A DNA stretch of 64,000 nucleotides from the NCBI GenBank assembly GCA_018702955.1, contig JABJEK010000097.1, positions 7,631-71,630 on the forward strand, in the 5' to 3' direction. Each line of letters begins with the position of its first letter. The first letter of the stretch is position 1. Positions 40,263 to 49,736 of this stretch are shown piece after piece. Below the pieces are notes generated by a model. It saw only the letters and a program-made list of their open reading frames with translations. It did no database searches and was not told where the DNA came from. Source of the stretch: Rhodospirillaceae bacterium. Lineage in GTDB: Bacteria > Pseudomonadota > Alphaproteobacteria > UBA6615. The position numbers and the translations under genes are program-made.

Positions 40263-41917
40263 GCGTAGTTCTCCGGCTTCGGCGCCGGTCGGCCGAGGAT
40301 CATGTCCGCGGCCTTCTCGGCAATCATCACCGTCGGCGCGTGGGTGTTACCGCCGACCAAAGACGGCATCACCGAGGCATCGACCACGCGCAGCCCATCG
40401 ACGCCGCGCACCTGCAAGGTCTCGTCTACGACGGCTGTCTCATCACTGCCCATGCGGCACGTGCCGACGGGGTGATAAACCGTGCCCCCGGTGTTCCGGA
40501 TAAACGTGTCGATTTCGGCATCCGAGCGCACATTCGGGTCTGGCCAGATCTCGCCGTCGCTTAACGCCGCCAGTGCCGGCTGATGCATGACCTCACGCAT
40601 GGCCTTGAAGCCATCACGCATCGTCTCCCGGTCGCGTGCTTCCGACAGATAGTTCGGTTCGATGATCGGTGCTTCGCGCGGGTCGGCGGAACGCAACCTG
40701 ATCTCGCCCCGGCTTTCCGGGCGCAGCTGGCAAACATGACACATGAACGCATCGGGCCGGGTGTGGTCAGGGGTGTGATTGGCAAACGGCCTCCGAATCA
40801 GCGACAGCAGATTGCCGGCGCTGAAGTGAAACTGAACATCGGGCATCTCCAGGCTCTCCGACGTGCGCAGGAACGCGCCGCCCTCCAGCGGGAACCCCGC
40901 CGCCGGGCCCGACCGCAAAAGCGCGGCACGCACCATCGACACCGCACCCCGCTCTGTCCGCGTCAGATCATCGGTCAAAGTGCGAACCTTGGAGGTGTGC
41001 ACGGTGTGCACGCAGAGATGATCTTGCAGGTTCCCGCCGACATCACGCTGGTCCACATGCACATCGATGCCATGCGCCCTGAGCTCGTCCGCGCGCCCGA
41101 TACCGGACAGCATTAACAACTGCGGCGAACTCACGACACCGCCGGACAGCAGCACCTCTCGATCGGCCCGCACGAGATGTTCATGGCGTCCCTGCGCATA
41201 GCGCACCCCGACGGCCCGGCCGCCCTCGAACACCACGCGTTGGGTCAACGCCCCGGTCTCGACCGTCAGGTTGGGGCGGGAGAGTGCGGGGCGCAAATAC
41301 GCCGCGGCCGCGCTCCAGCGTCGTGCGTTGCGGATATTGAACTGGTAGCGCCCGAAACCTTCCTGCTCGGGACCGTTGAAATCATTGTTGGTCGGATAAC
41401 CGGCCTCGGACCCGGCCGCCACGAACGCGTCAAAGAGCGAGTGATCATGTGCGGCATCGCTGACCGTTAACGGGCCGTCGGCACCGTGGAAAGCATCACC
41501 GCCACGGACATTCCCCTCTGCCCGTTTGAAGTAGGGCAGGACATCCGCATAGGACCATCCGGCGAGCCCAAACTGGCGCCAGAGATCATAGTCGCGCGCA
41601 TGCCCGCGAATGTAGATCATGCCGTTCAGCGACGAGGACCCACCGAGGGTCTTGCCGCGCGGCCAGGGAATGCGGCGCCCGGCCAGATTTTCCTGGGGTT
41701 CGGTCTCGAACTGCCAATTATATTTCGGGTTGGGGATCACCCGCCCGTTGCCGACGGGAATGTGGATCAGCGGATGTGCATCGCGCGGACCCGCTTCGAG
41801 CAGTAAAACCCGTATATTCGGGTCGGCGCTCAGCCGATGCGCCAGCACGCATCCCGCGCTTCCGGCACCGACGATGATGTAGTCAAAACTGGTCGTTGTA
41901 CGCACCACATGTCTCAC
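40259..41917 (-). CDS. GMC-family FAD oxidoreductase (choline-dehydrogenase-like)
   Basis: FDYIIVGAGSAGCVLAHRLS...GKTLGGSSSLNGMIY...YHPVGTCRMG. Confidence 0.85.
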   Translation of the reverse strand: MRHVVRTTTSFDYIIVGAGSAGCVLAHRLSADPNIRVLLLEAGPRDAHPLIHIPVGNGRVIPNPKYNWQFETEPQENLAGRRIPWPRGKTLGGSSSLNGMIYIRGHARDYDLWRQFGLAGWSYADVLPYFKRAEGNVRGGDAFHGADGPLTVSDAAHDHSLFDAFVAAGSEAGYPTNNDFNGPEQEGFGRYQFNIRNARRWSAAAAYLRPALSRPNLTVETGALTQRVVFEGGRAVGVRYAQGRHEHLVRADREVLLSGGVVSSPQLLMLSGIGRADELRAHGIDVHVDQRDVGGNLQDHLCVHTVHTSKVRTLTDDLTRTERGAVSMVRAALLRSGPAAGFPLEGGAFLRTSESLEMPDVQFHFSAGNLLSLIRRPFANHTPDHTRPDAFMCHVCQLRPESRGEIRLRSADPREAPIIEPNYLSEARDRETMRDGFKAMREVMHQPALAALSDGEIWPDPNVRSDAEIDTFIRNTGGTVYHPVGTCRMGSDETAVVDETLQVRGVDGLRVVDASVMPSLVGGNTHAPTVMIAEKAADMILGRPAPKPENYA

Positions 41918-42206
41918 TTATTGGGATGTCGAGAATGCCGCATTGACTTTTCCCCCATTGTGACCTTTTTTACGGGTGCTGCTGGAGCAGCTCCTGGCGC
42001 CAATGCCTCGAAATTTTAGCCAGCGTTTTCAACGTATTACGCTGGATGATAGCCCAAAACAGAATGGCTGGGTGGTCATATTTCGCGCGAACGGCGGACC
42101 GGAAATAGCAATTTACAACACGATCCTGCCGCAAAAGAGGCATGTTCGTGGGGGAATATTGGTGGCGTTCGGGACACGACGAACGCCATTTATAAAGGAG
42201 CAGGCC

Positions 42207-42419
42207 GTGACACAGACCGGTGCAGATTTGGAAGGCGCGAACACACAGGCGACCAGCGGAGACGCGGTCAGCGAGACCGAAGCCTATGGCCGGGCGCGCG
42301 CGCAAGGTGACGACGCCATCGAGCGTACGTGCATGGTGTGTGGCAACAAGTTCGAGAGCGAAGGCTGGCACAACCGTTTGTGCGGCAGCTGTCGCAAGCG
42401 CAGCGTCGCGGCCGGCTAA
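42207..42419 (+). CDS. small C-terminal zinc-ribbon protein (approx. 70 aa)
   Basis: GTG with AAAGGAG RBS. Acidic, disordered N-terminal half, then CMVCGNKFESEGWHNRLCGSCR (C-x2-C-x12-C-x2-C). The track ORF starts further upstream at a GTG in AT-rich sequence. Confidence 0.45.
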   Translation: MTQTGADLEGANTQATSGDAVSETEAYGRARAQGDDAIERTCMVCGNKFESEGWHNRLCGSCRKRSVAAG

Positions 42420-42442
42420 CGCCGCCCCTGACTGACGCCGTC

Positions 42443-43333
42443 TCACCGGCCCGTGATGTGCCGGATGATTGCCGAAAAATCGAGACCTTCGTTACCGAGC
42501 GCCGCATAGGCGTCGAAGAGTTCTGTTGCCTGCGCGCCGAGCGGTGTGTTGGCGCCCGTCGTGGTGGCGGCCTCCTGTGACAGCTTCAGGTCCTTCAGCA
42601 TCATCGCCACGGTGAAGCCGGCCGCGTAGTCATTGTTGGCCGGCGACGTCGGCACGGGACCGGGCACTGGGCAATAGCTCGTCATTGCCCAACACTGGCT
42701 GGTCGCCGTCGAGGCGATGTCGAAGAGTTTCTGCGCATCCAGATCGAGCTTTTCGGCCAGCCCGAACCCTTCCGATACCGCGATCATCTGGATCGCGAGC
42801 ATCAGGTTATTGCAAACCTTCGCGGACTGGCCCGCGCCGGCCGCACCCGCGTGGAAGATGTTCTTACCCATAGCCTGAAGGATCGGCTCCGCGCGACCGA
42901 AGGCGCTGTCCGTGCCGCCACACATGAAGGTGAGCGTTCCCGCCGCCGCACCGCCGACACCACCCGACACGGGCGCATCGATCATCTCGAGCCCGCGCTT
43001 TTCTCCCTCGACAATCATGTCCCGCGCCGTGGGCACGTCGATGGTCGAGCAATCAATCACCAGCGCGCCTTTTTCCAGCGCATCCAGAACGCCGTCATCG
43101 GCGACATACACAGAGCGAACATGCGCCCCCGCCGGCAGCATGGTGATGATCACTTCCGCGCCCACTGCCGTCGCGACGGCGCTGTCGGCCGCCGAAGCGC
43201 CGCCACCGACCGCGCGGCTCACCGCTTCCGCAGAGATATCGAATACGGACACGCTGTGCCCGGCCGAGATCAGGTTGGCAACCATCGGACCGCCCATGTT
43301 GCCCAACCCGATAAATCCGATCTTCGCCATCAT
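42443..43333 (-). CDS. mmsB: 3-hydroxyisobutyrate dehydrogenase
   Basis: IGFIGLGNMGGPM. 3-hydroxyisobutyrate dehydrogenase (HIBADH) catalytic region. Last gene of the valine-catabolism operon. Confidence 0.8.
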   Translation of the reverse strand: MMAKIGFIGLGNMGGPMVANLISAGHSVSVFDISAEAVSRAVGGGASAADSAVATAVGAEVIITMLPAGAHVRSVYVADDGVLDALEKGALVIDCSTIDVPTARDMIVEGEKRGLEMIDAPVSGGVGGAAAGTLTFMCGGTDSAFGRAEPILQAMGKNIFHAGAAGAGQSAKVCNNLMLAIQMIAVSEGFGLAEKLDLDAQKLFDIASTATSQCWAMTSYCPVPGPVPTSPANNDYAAGFTVAMMLKDLKLSQEAATTTGANTPLGAQATELFDAYAALGNEGLDFSAIIRHITGR

Positions 43334-43360
43334 TCTCTCCCTGGTTTACACCGCCAAATG

Positions 43361-44410
43361 TCAGCCGAAACTTGGCTCGCCCGCGACGGGTTCAAAATAG
43401 TCATCGACATCGGCGTCACTGACCGCATCGAGGGTCGCCGGGTCCCATTGTGGTGCCCCGTCCTTGTCGATCACGACCGCGCGGATGCCTTCGAACAAAT
43501 CATGACCCCGGAAACTACGGTCGGCAAGGCGGTACTCCATCGCCATGATGTCGGCGATCGATTCAATGCGCGCGCCCAGACGCAACTGCCGGTGCGTGAC
43601 CTTCAGGGCGGTCGGCGACTTCGAGGCCAATGTCTCGATTTGCGTCCGCGCCCAGTCGCTGTCCTCGGCCGCGAGCCGGGCCAGGATGTCCTCGACGCTG
43701 TCGCCCGCAAAACAACGATCGATCGCATCGCGATGTGCCGCCAGTGGCGCCTCCCCCGGGTCGACCGCGAAGTCACGCAGAATGTCGGCGACCCCGTCCC
43801 CGTCGAGTGTCGTGGCCGCGACCAACGCGGCGATCAGGTCCTCATCACGGTCGGCCGGCACGTGAACGTCGCCGATGCCCGCATAAAGCGTGTCGGCGGC
43901 CCGCAAACGATGGCCGGTCAGCCCGAGATACATGCCGATTTCACCCGGACAACAGGGCAGGAACCAGCTGGCACCAATGTCAGGAAACAGCCCGATGCCG
44001 GTTTCCGGCATCGCGAACAGGATCCGGTCCGAGACGACGCGGTGCGAACCATGCACCGACATACCCACGCCGCCGCCCATGGTCACCCCGTCCATCAGCG
44101 CGATGTAGGGCTTCGGAAAGGTGTGGATCATCACGTTCAGCTTGTATTCCGCGGCGTAGTAGGTCGGCCCGAAATCTGTGCCGCGCCCCTCATACAGATC
44201 GCGGATATCGCCGCCGGCACAGAAGGCCTTATCACCCGTCCCCTGAATGACGACCGCATCCACGCCGTCATCCGCGGCCCAGGCTTCGAGTTGCGGCGCG
44301 ATCGCATGGATCATGGACAGGGACAGCGCATTCAGCGCCTTGGGCTTGTTCAACGTGATCAAGCCAATCCGCCCGCGCTGTTCGAGCAGAACTTCGGGTT
44401 CATCGTTCAT
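43361..44410 (-). CDS. 3-hydroxyisobutyryl-CoA hydrolase (crotonase superfamily)
   Basis: ITLNKPKALNALS...AFCAGGDIR...ALMDGVTMGGGVG. About 350 aa, typical of 3-hydroxyisobutyryl-CoA hydrolase (HIBCH). Confidence 0.8.
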   Translation of the reverse strand: MNDEPEVLLEQRGRIGLITLNKPKALNALSLSMIHAIAPQLEAWAADDGVDAVVIQGTGDKAFCAGGDIRDLYEGRGTDFGPTYYAAEYKLNVMIHTFPKPYIALMDGVTMGGGVGMSVHGSHRVVSDRILFAMPETGIGLFPDIGASWFLPCCPGEIGMYLGLTGHRLRAADTLYAGIGDVHVPADRDEDLIAALVAATTLDGDGVADILRDFAVDPGEAPLAAHRDAIDRCFAGDSVEDILARLAAEDSDWARTQIETLASKSPTALKVTHRQLRLGARIESIADIMAMEYRLADRSFRGHDLFEGIRAVVIDKDGAPQWDPATLDAVSDADVDDYFEPVAGEPSFG

Positions 44411-44417
44411 GGAAAAC

Positions 44418-45557
44418 CTACTGACGCAAAAGATCTCGGGAAATAATCACGCGCATGATCTCGTTGGTGCCCTCAAGAATTTGATGCACACGCAGATCGC
44501 GCAGATAACGTTGGATGGGGAACTCTTTCAGGTATCCATAGCCGCCGTGTAGCTGCAGGGCCTGGTTCACCACGTCGAAGCCGGTGTCGGTCGCCACGCG
44601 CTTGGCCATCGCTGCGGCCACCGTAGTGCCGTGCATCTTGTTGTCGAGCATCCAGGCGGCGCGGTGGATCATCAACCGCGCGGATTCGAGTTCGGTCGCC
44701 ATATCGGCCAGGCGGAACTGCAGCGCCTGGAAGTCCGCCAGCGGCTGGCCGAACTGCTTGCGCTCCTTCATATAATCGCGCGTCGCATCGAGACAGGCCC
44801 GCGCGCCGCCGATCGAGCAGGCGCCTATATTGAGCCGGCCACCGTCGAGGCCCTGCATGGCGATCTTGAACCCCTCACCCTCGGCACCGATCAGGTTCTC
44901 GACCGGGACCCGGCAATCCTCGAAGATTACAGCCGCGGTGGGCTGGCTGTTCCAGCCGAGTTTCCGCTCCAGCTTGCCGAACGAAAGCCCCGGTGCATCC
45001 TTTTCGACGACGATGCAGCTGATGCCTCCAGGGCTGTCGTCTCCGGTACGCACCATGCAGACGTAGATATCTGCCGCTGAGCCACCCGAGATGAACGCCT
45101 TGGACCCGTTCAGGACGTAGTGGTCGCCGTCACGCTTGGCGCTGGTGCGCAGCGCTGCCGCGTCCGAGCCCGAGCCCGGCTCGGTCAGGCAGTAACTCGC
45201 GAAATGTTCCATGGTCGTCAGTTTGGGCAGGAACTTCGCGCGCTGGGCATCACCGCCGAAGCTGTCGATCATCCACGCGCTCATATTGTGGATCGAGATA
45301 TAGGCTGCGGTTGAAGGACACGCGCTCGCCAGTTCCTCGAAGATGATCGTGGAATCCATGCGGCCGAGGCCCGAGCCACCTTGCTCCGGGTCGCAGTAGA
45401 TACCGGCCAGCCCCAACGCCGCAGCGGCGCGAAGCGTATCCACCGGGAAGATGCATTCCTCGTCCCATTTTTCGGCATGAGGCAGCATTTCGTCGGTCGC
45501 GAAACCGCGCGCCATGTCCTGTATCGCGGACTGTTCTTCCGTGAGCTGAAAATCCAC
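44418..45557 (-). CDS. acyl-CoA dehydrogenase (isobutyryl-CoA dehydrogenase-like)
   Basis: A GTG start gives the canonical N-terminus VDFQLTEEQ. Acyl-CoA dehydrogenase motifs [10 protein letters not shown] and QLHGGYGY. 379 aa. The track ORF runs 39 codons further upstream. Confidence 0.8.
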   Translation of the reverse strand: MDFQLTEEQSAIQDMARGFATDEMLPHAEKWDEECIFPVDTLRAAAALGLAGIYCDPEQGGSGLGRMDSTIIFEELASACPSTAAYISIHNMSAWMIDSFGGDAQRAKFLPKLTTMEHFASYCLTEPGSGSDAAALRTSAKRDGDHYVLNGSKAFISGGSAADIYVCMVRTGDDSPGGISCIVVEKDAPGLSFGKLERKLGWNSQPTAAVIFEDCRVPVENLIGAEGEGFKIAMQGLDGGRLNIGACSIGGARACLDATRDYMKERKQFGQPLADFQALQFRLADMATELESARLMIHRAAWMLDNKMHGTTVAAAMAKRVATDTGFDVVNQALQLHGGYGYLKEFPIQRYLRDLRVHQILEGTNEIMRVIISRDLLRQ

Positions 45558-45685
45558 CTTGCGGGCCCCGTTTGTTTGTCGCGCGATCCGGAAACGAATC
45601 CGCGCGCGCCGGAGTCTAACCGCTCGCACATATGGAACCAATCCCCGCCCGCCTGCGCTAGAATGGGCGAACAAGGAGCAATGTT

Positions 45686-46657
45686 ATGGCCACCGAGATC
45701 GACCCCACACGCCGGCTCATTCTTCTCACCGTGAAGGAGAATGTCAGCCTGACCGCACTCGATGCCGAGACCGGCGACACCGTCGCCTGCATCAAGGTGG
45801 GCACCCTGAACAAAAGCAAACCCCATGAACTCGCGGTGTCCGCCGACGGCACGCGCGCCTTCGTGTCCCTCTATGGCAGTGCCGACTACGGCCCCAACGT
45901 GCCGGACAACCGGATCGCCGTGGTCGACCTCACCGACATGACCCTCATCGGGCATATCGACCTCAATCTCTACAAGGGCCCCCACGCGCTGGTCGTCGAC
46001 CGGGACGGAAACCTGTGGGCGACGGTCGACGGCAGCCGTTGCGTCCTGGTGATCGATACCGACAGCTACGAGATCGTCCAGACGATCTGGCTCCAGACCC
46101 CGGGGCATTTCCTCGCCGCCACGCCCGACGGCAAGACGCTCTATGCCTCGTCCAAGGAATATCCGGTGATCACCGAGATCGACATCGAAAGTCGGTCGAT
46201 CACCGCGCAAATCGCCGTGCCGGTGGGCGCACAGGCGATCCGGGTGTCCCAGGACGGATCGCAATTGTTCGTGGGCGATTTTCATCGCCCGCTGTTGCAT
46301 GTGATCGACTGCGCCGCGCGGGAACTGATCAGCACCCACGCATTGACGGGCGTGCCCGGTTGGCCTTTCGTTTCACCCGACGGGCAGACACTGGTCGTCA
46401 GCACCTATGACGAGCCCAACGACAAGGGTTACGTCGAGATCCTCGACGCGAACGATCTCGACTCTCGCCGGGTCGTGGACGTCGCGGACGAGCCGTTCCA
46501 TGTGCTGTTCAGCGATGACGGAAAGCATCTCCATGCCGCGCTGGGCAATGGCGAGGTGCCGCGGATCGACGTGGCCAAGGCCGAAATCGTCGATGGCGCC
46601 TATCACGCCGGCGGCACCATGCCCGAAGCGATTGTCGCGTATGATCCGGTCGGCTGA
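45686..46657 (+). CDS. YVTN-family beta-propeller repeat protein (lactonase-like)
   Basis: Repeated approx. 40-aa units of the form DGxxLYV/DxxxxxVxVID. AAGGAG RBS. Confidence 0.65.
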   Translation: MATEIDPTRRLILLTVKENVSLTALDAETGDTVACIKVGTLNKSKPHELAVSADGTRAFVSLYGSADYGPNVPDNRIAVVDLTDMTLIGHIDLNLYKGPHALVVDRDGNLWATVDGSRCVLVIDTDSYEIVQTIWLQTPGHFLAATPDGKTLYASSKEYPVITEIDIESRSITAQIAVPVGAQAIRVSQDGSQLFVGDFHRPLLHVIDCAARELISTHALTGVPGWPFVSPDGQTLVVSTYDEPNDKGYVEILDANDLDSRRVVDVADEPFHVLFSDDGKHLHAALGNGEVPRIDVAKAEIVDGAYHAGGTMPEAIVAYDPVG

Positions 46658-46663
46658 CCGTTC

Positions 46664-47422
46664 CTAGGTCACCGTCATGCCGCCGTCGACCGCGAGGATG
46701 TGGCCCGTCACATAGGCTGCGGCCGGGCTCGCCAGATAGGACACAGCACCCGCAATGTCTGCGGGGTCGGTAAACCGGCCGAGCGGAATCTTCGCAAGGC
46801 CTGCGTCGCGACGCGACTGGTCGTTGTCGAAGATCTCAGCCCGCAGTTTGGTCATCGACGTCCCGGGTGCCACTGCGTTCACGCGAATGTCGTGGGGCGC
46901 CCATTCGGCGGCCAGATGGCGTGTCATGCCGCCGATCGCCGCCTTCGAGATTCCGTAAGGCGAGACATTCACCGCACCGATGGTGGTGAAGGTCGAGGCA
47001 ATATTGATGATCTGGCCCGACCGCCCGGCCTCGATCAGGTGCCGCCCCACCTGCTGGGTCATCATGTAGGTGCCCGTGACGTTTATGCGCATCACGGCTT
47101 CGAATTCTTCCGCAGCCACGTCAATCGCGGGCTTCGCCAGCAGCATCGCGGCATTGTTGACCAGCAGATCGATGCGTCCGAACCGCTCCAGCACCGCGTC
47201 AGAACAGGCGATGATGCTGGCGTCGTTGCGCAGGTCGAGTGCGACACCGAGCGACTGACCCCCGGCGGCATCGATCGCGGCGAGCGTGTCAGCCAAATCC
47301 GCCGGGTCGAGCTCCGTGACCGCTACATCGAACCCGTCACGTGCCAGCGTTTCGGCAATGGCGCCGCCCAGCCCGTAGGACGCGCCGGTGACCAGGGCGA
47401 CCGGCCTTGGGTCATTACTCAT
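46664..47422 (-). CDS. SDR-family oxidoreductase
   Basis: TGASYGLGGAIA...NNAA...YGISKAA (YxxxK). Confidence 0.85.
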   Translation of the reverse strand: MSNDPRPVALVTGASYGLGGAIAETLARDGFDVAVTELDPADLADTLAAIDAAGGQSLGVALDLRNDASIIACSDAVLERFGRIDLLVNNAAMLLAKPAIDVAAEEFEAVMRINVTGTYMMTQQVGRHLIEAGRSGQIINIASTFTTIGAVNVSPYGISKAAIGGMTRHLAAEWAPHDIRVNAVAPGTSMTKLRAEIFDNDQSRRDAGLAKIPLGRFTDPADIAGAVSYLASPAAAYVTGHILAVDGGMTVT

Positions 47423-48303
47423 GTCGTCTCTCCGTCGGATAAATCACGTAGGTACTTGTAGATCTCGGTGAAGTCAGCGCCCGGCATGGCGCCGTCAGCG
47501 GCGTTCCAGAGACCTGTCATGACTGTCCCGACTTTGTCGGAGGTGCTCGATTTTCGGACCTCGTCGAAATACAGCGCAACGTCCTTGGTCATCAGCGACA
47601 TGGCGAAACCCGCATCGAAGGTCTCGGTGGCGACCCGCTTCGGGAACTTGTCCGCTGACGCCGTGTTCCGGCCCGTCGAAACATTCACCACGTCGAGGAT
47701 GGTCTCCATCGCCACGCCCTGACTAAGCCCGAACTGGACCGCCTCGCTGGTCGCCGCCATGGCGGTCGCCGACAGGAAGTTGTTGAGCAGTTTGACCGCC
47801 TGACCCTGCCCGGGGTTCTGACCAACATGGAAGGTGTTTCCGCCCACCGCATCAAACGGGCCGGCCAGCGCCGCCACGGCGGCGTCGGGCCCCGACGCGA
47901 TGACGGTCACGGTCCCGGCGATGGCGCCGGCCTTGCCGCCGCTGACCGGCGCATCCACGAAGGTGATGCCGGCGTGTTTCAACCTTGCACCAATCTCGCG
48001 GGCCGCCTCGGGTCCCGTGGTCGAGAAATCCACCACCGTGGACACGCGGCGATCCGCTGCGTTGATTATTTCATCACAGACCGACGCGACAATCCGTCCG
48101 TCGGGGAGGCTGAGAAAGACCGTGTCCTGCTGGGCCACCGCGGCGACACTATCTGCGACGGCTGCTCCGTCCGGCGCGCGCGCTGCCGTGCCTGCCGCAT
48201 CGAACACAGTCGGGACAATGCCCGCAGCGCACAGATTGGTGCACATGGGCCCACCCATGTTTCCCAGCCCGATAAACCCGTAAGATGTGTCCGGCATGCT
48301 CAT
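47419..48303 (-). CDS. beta-hydroxyacid dehydrogenase (HIBADH/6PGDH NAD-binding family)
   Basis: YGFIGLGNMGGPM...FVDAPVSGG. Stop overlaps the SDR start by 4 nt. Confidence 0.8.
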   Translation of the reverse strand: MSMPDTSYGFIGLGNMGGPMCTNLCAAGIVPTVFDAAGTAARAPDGAAVADSVAAVAQQDTVFLSLPDGRIVASVCDEIINAADRRVSTVVDFSTTGPEAAREIGARLKHAGITFVDAPVSGGKAGAIAGTVTVIASGPDAAVAALAGPFDAVGGNTFHVGQNPGQGQAVKLLNNFLSATAMAATSEAVQFGLSQGVAMETILDVVNVSTGRNTASADKFPKRVATETFDAGFAMSLMTKDVALYFDEVRKSSTSDKVGTVMTGLWNAADGAMPGADFTEIYKYLRDLSDGETT

Positions 48304-48378
48304 CGTCCCCGTGTTCGGCCGATCATCCGTCGGCCTTCACGGGTCATTATAGCGGAGCAGCCGATTGGGGAGGCAAGA

Positions 48379-49185
48379 ATGACATCACCGAAAACCTGGG
48401 AACTCTACGCCGTCAAGTACGGCACGCTCGTCGAGCGGATGCGCGGCGAGAGCTTCGTCAAGCTCGATCCCCATGACGACGGCCCCATGCCCATCGACTA
48501 TTATGTCTGGGCCGCCGTATCCGACGACCAGACCATCGTCATCGATACCGGCTTCGACGATGCCGAGGCCAAGAACCGCGGCCGCAGCCTGATCCGCAGC
48601 GTCACCGACGGGCTGGCCACCATCGGTGTCGAGGCCGCAACGGTGTCCGACGTCATCGTCACCCATCTCCATTACGACCATATCGGCGGACATGCCCAGT
48701 TCCCGGCGGCGAAGTTCCACCTGCAGGAAAAGGAGATGCAGTTCGCCACCGGCCCGCACATGTGTAGCCATGTGGTGAACGCCTCCTTCACGCCCGACCA
48801 TGTCGCCGACATGGTGCGCAACGTCTTCGAAGGCCGAGTGTCGTTCAGCGACGGTGAGGCCGAGATCGCGCCGGGCATCACCGTGCACCTCACAGGCGGC
48901 CATTCCATGGGGCTGCAGTTCGTGCGGGTGCTGACCAAACGCGGCTGGGTCGTGGTGGCATCCGACGTTACGCATTTCTATGAAAACCTGGAGCGGCGGA
49001 TGCCCTTCCCGGTGATCTACAACCTCGCGGACATGGTGCGCGGCTTCGATGCGCTGGCTGCACAGGCAGAAACCCCGGGCCATATCGTGCCCGGGCATGA
49101 CCCGCTGGTGCTGGAGCGCTACCCCGCGCCCGATCCCCGCCTTGAGGGGATCGCGGTCCGGCTGGACGTCACGCCGAACGCCTAA
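48379..49185 (+). CDS. MBL-fold metallo-hydrolase (N-acyl-homoserine-lactonase-like)
   Basis: Internal ATG (MTSPKTWELYAVKYG) with a GGGAGG RBS. HLHYDHIGG (HxHxDH) motif. About 268 aa, like AHL lactonases. Confidence 0.75.
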   Translation: MTSPKTWELYAVKYGTLVERMRGESFVKLDPHDDGPMPIDYYVWAAVSDDQTIVIDTGFDDAEAKNRGRSLIRSVTDGLATIGVEAATVSDVIVTHLHYDHIGGHAQFPAAKFHLQEKEMQFATGPHMCSHVVNASFTPDHVADMVRNVFEGRVSFSDGEAEIAPGITVHLTGGHSMGLQFVRVLTKRGWVVVASDVTHFYENLERRMPFPVIYNLADMVRGFDALAAQAETPGHIVPGHDPLVLERYPAPDPRLEGIAVRLDVTPNA

Positions 49186-49736
49186 CTCTTTGCCATTTCG
49201 TCGGCGAGGTCTGACGACCATTCCGCGCGGGGCCGGTAGCCCTCGGTCGCCTTGCACAGCTCTTCGGTCAGCTTGATGATCTCGTCGTCCGACAGGTCGA
49301 ATTCGAGATACTCGCCGAAGGGCTGGGGCACGTGGAAGGGCGAATCCAGATAGACCTCGATATTGTTGCCCTCGGGGTCGTCGAAATAGACCGACCAGGC
49401 GTTGCCGTGGTTGCGCGGCAGGAGGTTCTCGACGCCCTCGTCCACCACCCGCCGGTACATCACCCGCAATTCGCCCAGGGATTTCACCCTGAACGACAGC
49501 TGGTTGATCGTGCTGGGCACGTCGTCGGGCCGACCGCTCGCCAATATTACCTGATGATGCATCGCGGGATCGTTGGACATGAAGGTGATGTGTCCGTTGT
49601 AACGCTCGACGAACCCACGATCCGTCACGGTGAAACCAAGAATGCGGGTGTAGAAATCGGCCATTCGGTCGGTATCGCGCACCCACATGCCCGCATGGGA
49701 GAGTTGTGGTTTGATCTGGTCTGTCATGTCGTTCAT
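49182..49736 (-). CDS. VOC (glyoxalase/bleomycin-resistance/dioxygenase) family protein
   Basis: 184 aa with two beta-alpha-beta-beta-beta modules (HAGMWVRD...; EGNNIEVYLD). Stop overlaps the lactonase-like metallo-hydrolase stop by 4 nt (convergent). Confidence 0.7.
   Translation of the reverse strand: MNDMTDQIKPQLSHAGMWVRDTDRMADFYTRILGFTVTDRGFVERYNGHITFMSNDPAMHHQVILASGRPDDVPSTINQLSFRVKSLGELRVMYRRVVDEGVENLLPRNHGNAWSVYFDDPEGNNIEVYLDSPFHVPQPFGEYLEFDLSDDEIIKLTEELCKATEGYRPRAEWSSDLADEMAKS

Noticed and set aside
42361-42380. TGGCACaaccgTTTGt: a sigma-54-like sequence on the plus strand.
   Set aside because: The -12 element lacks the conserved GC. It lies inside the zinc-ribbon ORF, and no gene lies downstream on that strand.
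45558-45685. GC-rich imperfect palindrome gcgcgatccggaaacgaatccgcgcgc upstream of the YVTN gene.
   Set aside because: The arms do not pair (atccgg vs tccgcg). Likely just GC-rich promoter sequence.
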